Assembly: GCA_964035545.1 (NCBI GenBank)
Contig: OZ037767.1
Location: 28,040,628 to 28,104,627, forward strand
Reading direction: 5' to 3'
Source of the DNA: Bugula neritina
Taxonomy: Eukaryota > Animalia > Bryozoa
Length of the DNA stretch: 64,000 nt
The notes below the pieces were generated by a model. That model was not told where the DNA came from, searched no databases, and worked only from the letters and a program-made list of their open reading frames with translations. This document shows positions 39,161-52,800 of the stretch, in pieces (the first letter of the stretch is position 1; the number at the start of each line of letters is the position of its first letter). Made by a program: the position numbers and the translations under genes.

Positions 39161-42100
39161 GACTTTGACCAGTCACTCTACTGTCTACAAAAAGCAGCAC
39201 CGGCTTGTAATGTTCTTTAAACCTCTAAGCTATTTGAATAAGTAATCAAAGTAATGAAAAACATGATTTTTTGCATGAATTTAGATTTCTTCACTACCTA
39301 CTCTGTAATGTATTAATAGCCTAGCTGGGTGCTTATTGGGTGAACTTTGTAGTGCCAAAGTGCAAGAAGGTCATAGTGTTATTAACGTATTAAATTCAAC
39401 AATCTACAGGGCAACATTATCAGCTAAAATCAGGCTTTCTGTGATAAATTTTACAGAAATAGGTTCATTCCATAGTTGATTCATTTTATCATCAATTTAT
39501 CAATCAACAGTTATAATTCCATCATATCTTTTCCTAATAAAACTAGTTAAGTGTGAGAATTTGGAACCTTGAAAATCACAATAAACTTATATATTATTAT
39601 CTGTAACACATCAGGTCAAAGTCTGCAAAGGTACTTGTGTTGTAAGACTGTAATGATAAAGTTACTGCGTAGCAGGAAGAAGATACCTTTATTACATTGA
39701 ATCATATTTTTAGATAATAATTATAAAATTTCCACTGCTAGTGCTCATGAAATTACAGCAGATGGTTGTAGTTCCTTTTTGCTATTCATGTTAAAAATGT
39801 AAAGGAGCAATCAGGCAAGCAGTGTGCCAAGATAAAATATAATAGCCTCATGCTATTTGCATTTCGTTAACTGTGCTTTGTAAAGAAAGCCAATAAATAG
39901 TGGTTCAGCCATTTTGTCAATAAAATGCAAAACTAGTTCGTTTTAGCCTCAATAAATAGCAACCAGTTATCCACAATACCGCCTGAAAGACTAAGATAAT
40001 GTTAACTTAAGTGTGTTTGAACAAGCTATGCTCTTAGTGAGAAAAGATAAGTTTAACCATATGGCTACAGAAACAGCAATAATTGTGTCGATTGCAGTAA
40101 GGAACACAAACTACTTAAAACCAACACAAAGCTGAATTAACAACAATTTTTAGCTGCATGACTCCACTAATGATTCACCACAGAACTCTATTATCATCTC
40201 TCTTGTTTGCCAACGTACAAACAAAAGAAATGCCAAAACATGTCTTAAACTAGGATGGCAGCTTCAAGGCTTATCGAAGACTCAGTCAGCATCTGTCACT
40301 GGAGTCTTGGTGCCAGTGCAGAACGTGCTGCTATAGCTTTTTTAATTAAAAATTAAATTCACTTTGATAGGCTATAAAGGATAACTTATTGGTATGATAA
40401 CATTCTAGAAAAAACACCACTAGACAAAGACATTGTGAAATATGAAACTGCTTTAAAACTTAAGTTTTAGCTAAAAATTCAGTATGTAAACTACTTTCAT
40501 TCTATCAGTAAATAGAGACTTAGATTACCTCAATGGCAACTCAAAAAGTGACAAAAAAACTTAAAAACCATGAAAGACACAAAGTTACATGAACAGTGTA
40601 TAAAACCAGTAAATATACAGTATTTCTAAGTATATAAGATTTCAGCTGTTTCTTACCACACTCAATTAAGCCGCTAGTATTATTATAGCAACCAGCATCA
40701 CTCAACCTCAAGTCATACAATGCATAAAACCAATAAAATTAGCCATATCATTAGAAATCGCAAACATTCAGCAAATCATATTCCAATAGGAAAACGCAAT
40801 ACCTCTCAACCTTATACAAACACACTTTTGTGTAGTTTCTATGGTTGCAGCCAAACGTTGCCTCGCATAATCAAATCTTAAATTTCAAATAATCTCTAAC
40901 AAACTTTACTTTAAAAAAGATAAAGTTACTAGGAGTTAATGGAATTTGCCCCTCTACGCTGAAGCTATATGGCAATATGTATGAACAATCCATTTTGATG
41001 GCATTCAATCTACTTTAGAAATTATTACAAGTCTTAGCAACGCTATCGCTAGCATGGTTGAGTATTTTAAACTCTAAGTCAAATCCCAGGAAAACAGTTG
41101 AAAATAACAGAAATGAAAATAAAATGAGTTGCCTACAAGTTTGGGAGGTTTTGGTTGAAGATGAATGGACTTTGCGTAAAGCAAGTATGGTAAGGTAGCC
41201 TGGCTAGTTAGGTAATTATGGGCTTCTGGTTTCACACGCTCTCCATTTATTCAGGTGGAAGGAAGACACGACATGTTCAGTAACTCAACAGCATATTATT
41301 ATGCGAGAAGAAATATGTATAAATACAGCATGGCCTTTGGCAGCGTAGATGATGGAGCTCAGAGTTATGGCTGAACGGAACTTCAAATAATGTTATGAAT
41401 GACAGTTGCAGTACAGAACTGGTTGCTACCAAGACAGTACTTCATAGCTCTACAGTGTAGAAGTGGTTATTACCATGAAGGTACTTTATAGAGTGTAGAC
41501 AACATCGTATGATTTGCTATTGAAATCTGACACACAAATCTTGATACAAGCTAATTCACAATAAAATGTAATAAAATTCATCCCCCATTAAGATAGGGAA
41601 CAAAGAAAAGTGTTAAAGCAAAAAACCTGCCCTTTATCTGATTTCTATTAACAAAAACAACTCAGGGGTAAAAATATTGAGAAAAATAACAAAATCATGC
41701 AAAAACAGCTTCTTGGCGTTGACCTACCTACTAAAGTAAAATATGCAACTGCAAGTAAAAAATTGAGAGGATGTTAAACAATTTGGTACATAGCCCATGC
41801 GTTGAGAGTGTTGAGAGTGTGTAAATGTAGAATTAACTGTTTATGAATGTAAATTGTATAATATAATTGCATGTACATTGTAGTTGCATTCCACACTCTA
41901 TATATATCAGCTTAGGCGGCTCTTAGTTCATTGGACTTCTTTCTATTAGTTATCAGGCAACATTCCTGCACTAAAATTGCTGTATTTGCCGCAAAATGTC
42001 AGCACCTACATATAGTTATAGTGAGGCTTTCAATTAGTATTTTGGGTGAAATCATGCAAAACATAACAACTGAAAGCACGAGCAGAAATAGGCATTCCCT

Positions 42101-44501
42101 AACATTTTCAACTATAAACTAGTTAGCAGAAAGTTGATGGATTTCAGCTATTGCAGTAAACATTGGATCACATTATCCAAAGTAACATAAATTAGGAGCT
42201 GTAAATTAAGTCCTATATGAATACCACTAAGTATTAATTGCTTATATTTATTATTCTAAAACACATATAAAGTAGGCTGACTATAATTTATAAGCAGTAT
42301 AAAGGCAACTGCATGGAGTACTAGAACACTGAAAAGTTCTAGGAAGGATGTTTAATTGGCCATCTAATTCAGTGCCCAAAGATGTTGGGGGGGAACTGAT
42401 TTTACCAGAAAAACTACGCTCAGCTTAAACTTGTACACTTTGCATATTTTGAAGTGAACTAATTAAATAGGCACACCTAATAATAGCATGGACGATAAAA
42501 GAGACCTTGTGTGTGTATAAATGAACGACCTTTAGAAATTACAGCCCAATGGAGGTAAATGAGTTTTCAGCTTCGCTTAACATTAAAAGGCACGTTTGAT
42601 GAAACCTAGTATGTTCCATTGTTTGCACTGGGAACGTAACTATGGAAACGTAAATACCAATATGCATTTCATGTATTAATCAATACAGCTTACTAAATAA
42701 TTAGAACAATACATTTTGCCCTCAATCGTAGCCTTTCCAATGAATATGTACAAAAATTCTATGCAATGACTACTTATAATTCACATTGATCATACAAACA
42801 TTGAACGCATTCACTTAGCCATAGCCAACATAAAATCTTTTGTTTATTATGGTTTTTGTACCAAAATCTATATCCACCATTATATGCAGCTCAAATTCTC
42901 AACGTCAATGACACAGTAATAACATAATTATTTCATCAACTCTCAATGCTGAGCATAACAGCTGCATACAAAACTAACTATTGGATTCTAGAATACAAGA
43001 TTTGGATCCAGGAGCCTGAACCAGGCTATAATTCTTTACTGCCCACAGTACCCGTAATTATTAAGGTTGTAAGTTTTTCCAGCTACATCCTTCACTGGCA
43101 GCTTTTCCCCAAGAAGTATTAGTCGTTTACAATTAAATCAGCAGCTGCTTCGCCATTTTATCAATCAATACTTTTATTATACTTTGCATTTAATAGAAAT
43201 TTAAGAGGGCGGATCTATAAATATTTGACAGCTGTGGAAGCTATATGCAACCATACCATAACCCAATACCACTACAACACTAGGATATAGCAGGATCAGC
43301 TACCACGTGAACTTTAAGTGCCAGAGTTCAATGGTCAAAATAAAGTTAAAACGTAAATTGTAACTTATTTACAAAGAGTTTTTAGCCTGACATTTTGTTG
43401 CAACAAATTTAAACTTGAAAATAATGCATCTCAATCTGAAATATTCAAAACATTGTATAAAAAATATGAGTTAAGCAAAAGAGTTTCAGGATGTCAACCA
43501 ATTATTAAATAGTTCACAATCAATGTTGAATAATGAACACTAAGGCAGTTTTAAAATTGAGTGTGCGTATATTTTAGCACAATTTAAATTTTCACTAACT
43601 TTTATGGGAGTAATCTTCTTTTTCATTCAACAGTATATTATGTAATTCTCACAAAAAATTTTATTTCAAGAATCGTTGGGGCAAATAACTAGCTGGATTC
43701 TGAAATTGCTTAATTGAAATTGATTAAATTTCATTGATCACCAAATGTTTTTTACAATTCTAAAATGAGTTTTGCAGCAATAAAATGCACACCTTATTTA
43801 AAAAAGCCATTACATGGCAAACATTTTAGAAAGACAAAGTGCAATCCCCAAAGTAGCTAACTCCTTATTTAAAACTGAAAGGCAATATAAAAGTGGTAAT
43901 TGATTTGTAGAAATTTGCCAATAAAAGGTAATCTGTGGTCTTCCAAATAAGTTTTTACATAATAATTTAAATTCATAACAAAGAATCGATGCTTCTCCTC
44001 AGGCTTCTCCAAATTCGAATAATGCAATTATTTAAACTTCGCAGATAGCCTTGAAGTTGTACTACATTATCAGCTGAGCTTTGTTTTGAATGTGCACATG
44101 TACCGGTACTGTTTTGAGTTAGAGAAACCATAACGCTAACAATAACTATAAGTATAAGATGATCAATTTGAATACATACTCCAAGTTCAGTCATGCTTAT
44201 AAAACAAACGGCACTTCATTTTTTAGTTTCAATTAAATTTGAAATCGACTGTATTTCACTATTCGATTGTCAGTTAGACTGAGACTCACAAACACTGAAC
44301 AGAAACTGAAACCGATTCTAAAAGTAAAAGTAAAACGAAGCACAAACTTAAACAAATGAGCACGTGCAACACTAATCAAACAGCTGATATTGAGAAAATT
44401 TCAATTATCAAAACAAATATGGGTGACTAGAAACTGAAATGGTAGACCTGTTAAAAATAATAGCAATTTGATTTCAAATCTCCGACATTTAAACTACTCA
44501 C

Positions 44502-44570
44502 CTTGACAACCACAAATAAAAATAAAAGTTCAAAAAATTGCGTTGGTAGTCGGCGCATTTGCGTAGTCTC
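44502..44570 (-). other. Probable non-coding first exon of CASZ1
   Basis: Minus-strand donor CAAG|GTGAGT at 44502/44501, next to the GC-richer promoter-like segment. The CASZ1 ATG exon has an acceptor at 39184 that needs an upstream exon. The 5' boundary is approximate. Confidence 0.5.
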
Positions 44571-44581
44571 GCTTCAGTTCC

Positions 44582-44604
44582 GTATCTAAGCAACCCGCCA
44601 TATT
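44582..44604. promoter_or_regulatory. RFX X-box-like site (GTATCTAAGCAAC) directly followed by a YY1-type site (CCGCCATATT)
   Basis: Motif matches about 90-110 bp upstream of the ATG of the motile-cilia gene LRRC23. Confidence 0.55.
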
Positions 44605-44692
44605 TGCTAAACTACTAAAAATAAAACGGTTACACTGCTCGTTCATTACCACTTTTAAGTTTTAAGTAAGATAGTAGTAATAGATTTCAGTA

Positions 44693-47169
44693 ATGTCAGA
44701 AGAAGAACACACAAGTGATGTAGAAGATGGAGAAGAAGAAACTGGTAAAGAGGGTGAAGAAGAAGAGCTAGGAGAAGAAGAGGTTACAATTTACTAAATC
44801 GCTATTACTGTTACTATTATTCTATTACTATTACTATTAGTATTAGTATTAGTATTACTATTAGTATTAGTATTACTATTAGTATTAGTATTAGTGTTAG
44901 TATTAGTATTACTATTAGTATTAGGCTTACCCTAATTTTAGTCTTACTCTTACTCTTAATAAAAAACTAAGTAGTAAGTATAAGTATTACTATTAGACTT
45001 AGTATAAGTATTAGTATTAGTATAATTATAAGTGTTATTTATTACTATTAGTATTACTCAGTATTAGAGTTAGACTAATACTATTACTATTAGTATTACT
45101 TTAGGGTTTAGTGATAGTATTACTGATACTGTTAATTATAACTACGAGTATAATTATTGCTATTAGTATTGGTATTACTATTAGTATTACTATAAGTATA
45201 AGTATAACTTATAAGTTATAAGTATTATCACTAGTATTATTATATTGCTATTACTTAGAGTCTTTGACTATCAGTATTACCATTAGTATTAGTATTACTA
45301 TCAGTATTATTGTTAGTATAATTAATAGTAAAGTATTACTAATAACTTCAAGTAGTTGTTCCTATTAGTTGAGCTTGTAGAAATACAGCACAATTTAATT
45401 AATCATAATGAAATATTTTATCATCAGTAGTAATATAAGTATGACTACAAGTGCATCACTATTATTAAAAAGTCTCACACTAAGCTGTAATGCTCAAAAT
45501 AATAGTAATACAATTATAATGCCCTGGTTTCAAAATAAACTAATAATAAATTAAATTGACAGATTGGTAGAGGGATAGCTTTTTAAATTTATATTATCAC
45601 CATATGATGATGTGTTATATTTTAGGTTTTATGGTGTATATGATTTAGTATAGTTTGAATACTGTTAGGTTCTAGAATGCAGAATACAAATACTCATAGT
45701 GAACTCATAGTGACAGTCACTGCTTTAGTATAAATCTATATTGCAATAACAAAGGGGCATATGTTATATGAAAAACAGCTCTTGGTTAGTTTTACACCAT
45801 AGGCTTTACAAACTAATTAAATGCCTGGTAGAGCTGGGCTGTTATTGTTGGTCATTGCTAGGACTCCTGCAAGCAGCTCCTTTAAAACTGCAGATAAAAT
45901 AGCCACATTAAAATTATAATTGAAGATACTTTTTGATCAACACTGCAATTTTAATTTAAAGCCTTGTTCAATGTTTTTCCAGCTTTTACTTATTTGTTTC
46001 TGAGTTATTAGTTAGCACGACATGTTTATTAATCTAGTTAGAATAGTTACAAATTAACAAAAATTTAGATAGAATTATTTAATTATGGTAAGTTTATGTT
46101 AAAAATGGTAATTTCTAGCATCAATGACACCATAGCTTTGTTTACTTGTGATGTTTTCAGAAAAATTGTAACTATGTTGATTTAGGCAATCGATGAGAAA
46201 CCTTTGACTGAAGAGGTGATAGCTGAATGCCTGTCTCTTTTATGTAAAACTGGTGATGGATTATCACATGCATATGTCCGAGTAGATATTCATGAAAGGT
46301 GAGGCTTAGTTAAAAGTTATAAAAAATGTATTAGAAAGCTTGTGAGTGCAACTATACAAAAAAAATTCTAAATTTGAATGGTGTAAAACATTTTTTTTTT
46401 GTACATATTGACTGAAAGGCTAATGACTGAAAAGTAAATTTAAGTAACTTTATAGTCAAATTATATATGCTATGGAATGCTAAATAAAGCAAACTGAGTC
46501 ATGCAAGCCTGCTATTTTCTTTCAGTCATATTACTTTTGCTGCTTTAATAAAATTTGTGCTAACAAAATAATTTTGTTATAGAAAGTTGTAATGCATTAT
46601 ATTTCTTAATTTTTACTTATTTTATGATATGATTATATTATTAGTTTAAGGTAGTTCTAATTAAATTCAGTGGGTGCTTGTGTATTCTAATGTATTGTAA
46701 TGCCTGTTTACAGAGGTGTAACAGACATAGCTTCCTTGGAAAAGTTTATTCATCTCCGATATGTTGATCTCACTAAGAATTCAATAAGAGATATTTCACC
46801 GTTAAACTCTCTTACACAGGTGAGTGTCGTACATTTCAGTTGTACACTCCAATGTTTTCATGATGTTTTAATTATGTAATGTCTATCCTCAGAGCTAGTA
46901 AAAGTTGAGTAGTATTATTATATATTATCATTCAGTGCTTTTACTCCTTTACTTTGTATAAGTTACATTTTTTTGCTGATGTGTTTTTGTTTTGTATTTT
47001 TTCATGGTGTAGTTCTTATGTATACTTTTCTCTAGTTTATCTTCTGTTAGAAAGTTTTGCCTTTATAGTATGATTAAAAAGGCAATTTTTAGAAGCGACT
47101 TTTTATTTATTGTGTAGCCACTAGTTTTGTGCCTCTATTTATATATATATATATATTTATATATATATT

Positions 47170-47230
<61 letters not shown>

Positions 47231-49692
47231 TTATATTTATATTTTGTATATATATTTATATTATATATATATATTTGTATTTTATACTATATATAATAAT
47301 AATAATAAAATGTAATTATTTTAGCTGCTTCTATTGCGAGCTGATGGCAACTTATTGACGTCTGCGCGGCTGGAGCCACAACCATATCTTCAAGTTGCTA
47401 GTTTTGCTGACAATAAGATATCAAGTACTGAAGGAATAAACCATCCTCTGTTGGAGCAGCTTTCTCTAAACAACAATGTGATTCCAGCGGTGGTTGGTTT
47501 GGATCCCACTGTCCTACAGAGACTACACACACTTGAGTTACGAGGAAATAAACTCACAACAACAGCCGGCCTAAATTTGCCAAATCTTAAAAATCTTTTT
47601 CTGGTAAAACAATTTTTTCACTTGAAATTATAAACTGCGTCATATTATTCGTGTGTTAGAAATAAACTGAGAGTTATTCTTCCTTGCTCATGTAGAAATG
47701 TATTGTAATCACAAAATTGTAATTAATACTTTATGTGAATATTCTAATCATTTTAAGAAAACATCATTTATTTGTTGCATAGTATACTTTTCCGATAGTT
47801 TCACTGTAAATTATTGTTGTAATTTTTTTTCCAATTTAGGCTCAAAACCTAATAAAAAAATTAGAAGATTTGGATAGGTTGGTTCAGCTAACCACCCTAC
47901 ATTTGCGAGAAAATCAGTTAGAATCACTGGATGGCTTTTCTGAACTAAATGACAAACTACAGTATATAAATCTAAGGTAAGTAAAACTTTTATAATTGGT
48001 GCTGTTCTTATTTTATCAGTATTGCATTGAACATAGTTGCAGGTAACACACCTACCTCAATATTTTGGGTTAATCCTTTGTACTTTTAGGTTGTCTTTTA
48101 GGTTAGCCATTTGAGTCCATGGTTATTCTGCATGCAGTTCCAACATTGTTGTGTGTGTATGATATTATGGTGACACCTTAACACATCTTTACCTTTCATT
48201 AATTTTTAAAATAAATCTATAAATGGTACTGAAACGTTTTCTTTTTCAGAGGAAACAATATCTCTGATGTGAAAGAATTTGCTAAGCTAAAGTCACTGCC
48301 TCTTCTTAGAGCGATATCCCTAGCAGGTATATAGTAATGTAAATCGGGATATTGTAGGTATAAATTTTCCTTTTAAGCTTGCTGATGGTAACTTCAGAAG
48401 TGTAGGTCGCAATTAATGCGCATTAATGTAAATACTAATTAAATGAAACTAAAAGTTTGAGATACAGTTTATTTTAATAAGTATATATTAAAAATTCTTA
48501 TTAAAAAAGCCCGAAAGTTTTGGTTATAAAATAAAAATATATCATTATGCTTATTGTTTACAGATCTATGGAACTGCATTATCGTCTAAGTTTGTCACAA
48601 TGTTTGGTAGATTTTTTATATTAGGATGACTGGGCCATTCTATTTTCATGAACATTGTAATTGTGTTGTATAAGTTTTGTCAATACTCTTTTTAGAAAAT
48701 CCTTGTTCCGAGGAGGAAGAATACAGACAGGAAGTGCTTGTAGCTCTGCCTCGCCTTGAGCGCCTCGATAAAGACGAGTTTAACGAAGAGGAGCGACAAG
48801 GAGCTGAGGAGTTGGCCGAACAGAGAAAGGAGGAGGAAGCGAAGGCAAAGGTGTATAAAGATAAAATCTCTTTATGTGTTGTTATCTGTGTTTATAAATC
48901 TCTCTATATTTTGGTACCTGAGTTTATGTCCTACAAAACCTGAGCATAGTTACACTTATTTCTCTTACTTTAAATTGATTTTCAAAATAGCACTTTTTTA
49001 TAAACTGAATTCATTAGTCTTGGTTAAAAAATGAGTTTAAAATAAAAATCAATAGCTTTAAATGTAAATTTTCCCTGGAATTATGTCTTTAATCTCTTAC
49101 CAATATGTTTGCGAACTTCCATTTGCTGTTTTCACTGTGTAATTCTGAGAAAATAGTTTAATTATTACATAGACTAAAGTTGTGTCTGAGGATTCATTGT
49201 TGTTTTGTGTTCTCACTCCTCAACATATACCATGTTTGATACTACAGCTTGAGGCAGTGAAAGCTCGAGAGGAGGTACTTGTGTTTTTAGTGTGAAATTG
49301 TGTTTTTCATTCTGCTTTTTCATTCATAAACTATTTTAATAAGCATATTAAACTTCTTAATAATAAATAACACTTTTGGTTACAAATTTGCATGGTTTTG
49401 TGATCTACCTTAAATTTAATGAACTAGAATTTTATTTTATTCTATTTAGTAGAAAATTTTTTTTACTGCTATGTTTGCTGATTTAGATGCTAAACATAAC
49501 TTTCAGGATGTCTTCTACTGACTAATGTTTTGAGTGAAAATGTGCTATTTTATCCTGTGTTCTTCTAGTCTTATTGATGTCTGAATCATTTCAATGTGTT
49601 ATATTATTGTATACAATTTACAAGGCATTTCTAACAAAAATATCTTTATCTACTTGCAGGCAGAAACTGAAGAAGTTGAAGAAGTTGCATGA
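44693..49692 (+). CDS. LRRC23: Leucine-rich repeat-containing protein 23 (axonemal radial-spoke associated)
   Basis: join 44693-44782, 46186-46298, 46714-46819, 47325-47603, 47840-47976, 48250-48326, 48696-48850, (49248-49274), 49660-49692. Motifs: PLTEEVIAECLSLLCKTGDGLSHAYV, FIHLRYVD, PYLQVASFADN, LHTLELRGN, NPCSEEEEYRQEVLVALPRLERLDK. Confidence 0.94.
44800..45360. repeat. Degenerate (ANT)n low-complexity tract in LRRC23 intron 1
   Basis: Concatenated AGT/ATT/ACT/AAT triplets starting right after the first donor. Confidence 0.85.
47135..47300. repeat. (AT)n microsatellite
   Basis: Direct observation. Confidence 0.95.
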
Positions 49693-49898
49693 AACATCTC
49701 TTAGTCTGGTTACTCTACACCACAATAGTCTGGCTAGCTGTTTGTTTACTTGCATAGACTATACATTTCATCTCTACCAGTTCGGCTTTCTAATTACTTT
49801 TTTAATATACCTGTAAAATAAGAGACTTCATTTATGGCCATGTGACCAATTTGACTTTTATTTTATTATTTAAATACTTATTTATTAATATATAGTGT

Positions 49899-52800
49899 AT
49901 GATGTTTGTTTGTTTGGTTTATTTCATCAAAGGTATTTAATAACACAAGGACATTAGAAAATGCCAAGGAGGCGATGATGAGGCCCATTGCGCTATAGCC
50001 TAGCTAGTCATGCGCGGGCCAACACGAGCTGACAGCGACTCTATCCAGAAAAATACAAAAAAATACAACTATTCTAACAGATAAAGCCTCAACTTCCTCC
50101 CAAATTCATTAGGGTTGCTAATTGACCGTAAAGGGATTGGCAGTTCATTCCATAGTGCCACCTCCTGATAACAGTTTCTTCTGTGACCTGCTGCTGTTTG
50201 AGAGTGAGGAAGGGGGAGATTTATGAATGATTGACGTGTATTGATAGAGTGAGTGGGAAAAAAATTGTCAGAGTAGAAAAAAGAATGAGCTTTCTTTAAC
50301 ACTTTAAAACGGTAAATCTGGTATATTGAGAGAACTTTATGCTTAGTAAATAGAGGCGCTGATGGATGGTCAAACGGTTTTTTGTTCATGATACGCATTA
50401 CCTTTTTTTGAAAAATAAAAATCTTGTTTAGATGGGTATTAGCTGCATTTCCCCAGGCCTCTGCACAATAATTTAACTTGGAATTGATGAAAGAATTATA
50501 TATCAAAAGTAAAATTTTTTGAGGGAGATATTCAGAACATCGGTATATTAATCCACTAAGTGGTCGTAATTTTGTAAGTAGGTTTGAGATGTGCAAGCTC
50601 CAATTTAAATTTTTATCTATTTGTACACCTAGAAAAGTTATGCTGTTAGAGTAATTTATAGGTCTTTTATTTAATAATATACAGTTTTCTAGAATTTGAA
50701 AAGGATTTTGGTAGTTTTTTAAAACAATATAGTTGCATTTTTCATAGTTTATAGTGAGTTTGTTTTTATTGCACCAAATTGACAGAGAGTTTAGATCTTG
50801 ATTTATAGCTTCCAAATGGGAGTTCAAATCTTTTGATTCAAAAAATAAATTAGTGTCGTCGGCATAGAAAATGGGATTAAAAAGTTTAAATTGTTGAGCA
50901 AGATCGTTTATATATATCAAAAATAAGGTAGGGCCCAAGACAGATCCCTGGGGAACCCCACAGGTCACTGATCGTGAACTTGATAAGGTTGCATTTACTA
51001 GTGTGGAGTGACTTCGGTTTGATAGGTAGTTAGCAACCCATGACACTGTGGATTCACTAAAACCAAGTTTTCTCATTTTTGCAAGTAAAATATTGTGATT
51101 TATAGTGTCAAAAGCCTTACTAAAATCTATAAAAATTCCGAGAACGCAATTTCCATTGTTAAAAGCTTCGAGCGTATTATTTTTAAATTTAACAACAGCA
51201 TCTGCAGTACTTAAATTTTTTCGAAAGCCATATTGATTCTTAGAAATCAAATTTTTAGATTCTAAAAAGTTTAAAATTTGATTGTTAACAATTTTTTCAA
51301 GTATTTTACTAAAAATGGGGAGGATTGAAATAGGGCGGTAGTTTTCACATCTGTCATGAGAACCTTTTTTGTAGAATGGTAATATTTTAGCAGTTTTAAT
51401 TTGCGCTGGAACAATTTTTTCTTCTATGCTTTTGTTAAATAAATAGGCAAGTGGTGTAGATAGTGAAATTTTGCAAAATTTGATAAGTTTAGTCGGGATA
51501 TTGTCTAAACCTATAGCTTTCTTGGAATCTAGTTTTTCAATGATCTCAATTATTTGAGATTCATCAGTTTTTTTTAAATGAAATTCTTCTTTAGTAATAT
51601 TTGTCAGCATTGAGTAGGTATCGGAGTTCGAATTTGTAAAATTTGAAGCTAGTTTTTGGGCTATTGTTGAAAAATACAGATTGAAATTGTTAGCTATATC
51701 CATATTGCTATCTAGCATGGTTTCAGAGTCCTCAACCGAATACAGTTTTGATGAAAAGCATCTTTTGTTTAGTTTGGCTTTCCCTGTTTGTTCATTTATA
51801 AGTACCCAAAGCTGCGAACTGTTACAATTGCTAATAAAAGCTTTAAAATAATCATATTTAGCGGTTCTCAGATCAGCATTCAAATTATTTCTAAAAGCAT
51901 TATATCTTTTTAAAATCTTTTTATTCAGGGGTGCTTTTTTCACTCGTTTGTGAAGTGCATATTTCTTTTTGATTTGAGTTAAAAGATGTTCAGTAATCCA
52001 TGGTTTTTGTGCAAACTTTTTAGAAGGCCTATTGTTTTCAATAGTCTGTGAACAACTTTCAATGAGAAATTTTAGTCTAGTAATAAATATATCATAGTTT
52101 ACTTCACAATTTTGTGAGTCATCAAAGAGCTTCAACCAGCAAAATGAGTTTATCTTGGAAACTAGTTTGGAATAATTAATAGTTCTATACATATCATCTG
52201 AGACAATATTAGTTCTATTTGAACAATTCAGTTGAAACGTCACAAAAGTGGGTAGGTGGTCACTCAAATCTGACTCAATGGTTCCAGATTTACCGTTTAT
52301 GCAAGAGAAGTTTAGAAGGATATGATCTAAACAGCTAGCTCGTGACGATGAGATTCTAGTTGGGAGAGTGATAGCATTGTAAAAGGCATAGGTAGAAATA
52401 GTGGTGGAATAAGTGTCACTTACATTCATGTCAAGGGTATCTATATTGATGTCACCTACTACAATATGGGGAGAAGAATCATGGGAAATATAAGCCTCCA
52501 GGTCACTAAGAAACGCATCAGTGGAGGAAGCACCGGGCTGCCTGTATATAATTGTGAGTCTGAAATGGGAAGACTTTGAGGCCTGACTGTGTAGAACAAG
52601 TGAGAGGACGTCTGCTCCAGACAGCGAAACAGCCTTCGTGTCGGCCCCCAGGCCACACCGCACATAGGCCCCAACACCACCTCCTCTACCCAGTCTCTGA
52701 CTACCTACAAAATCATAACCTTCAAGTTTAAAAAATTGAATTTCATCATCATTTAGCCAAGTTTCAGTTAAACAAATTACATCAAAGGGGTTAGAAAAAG

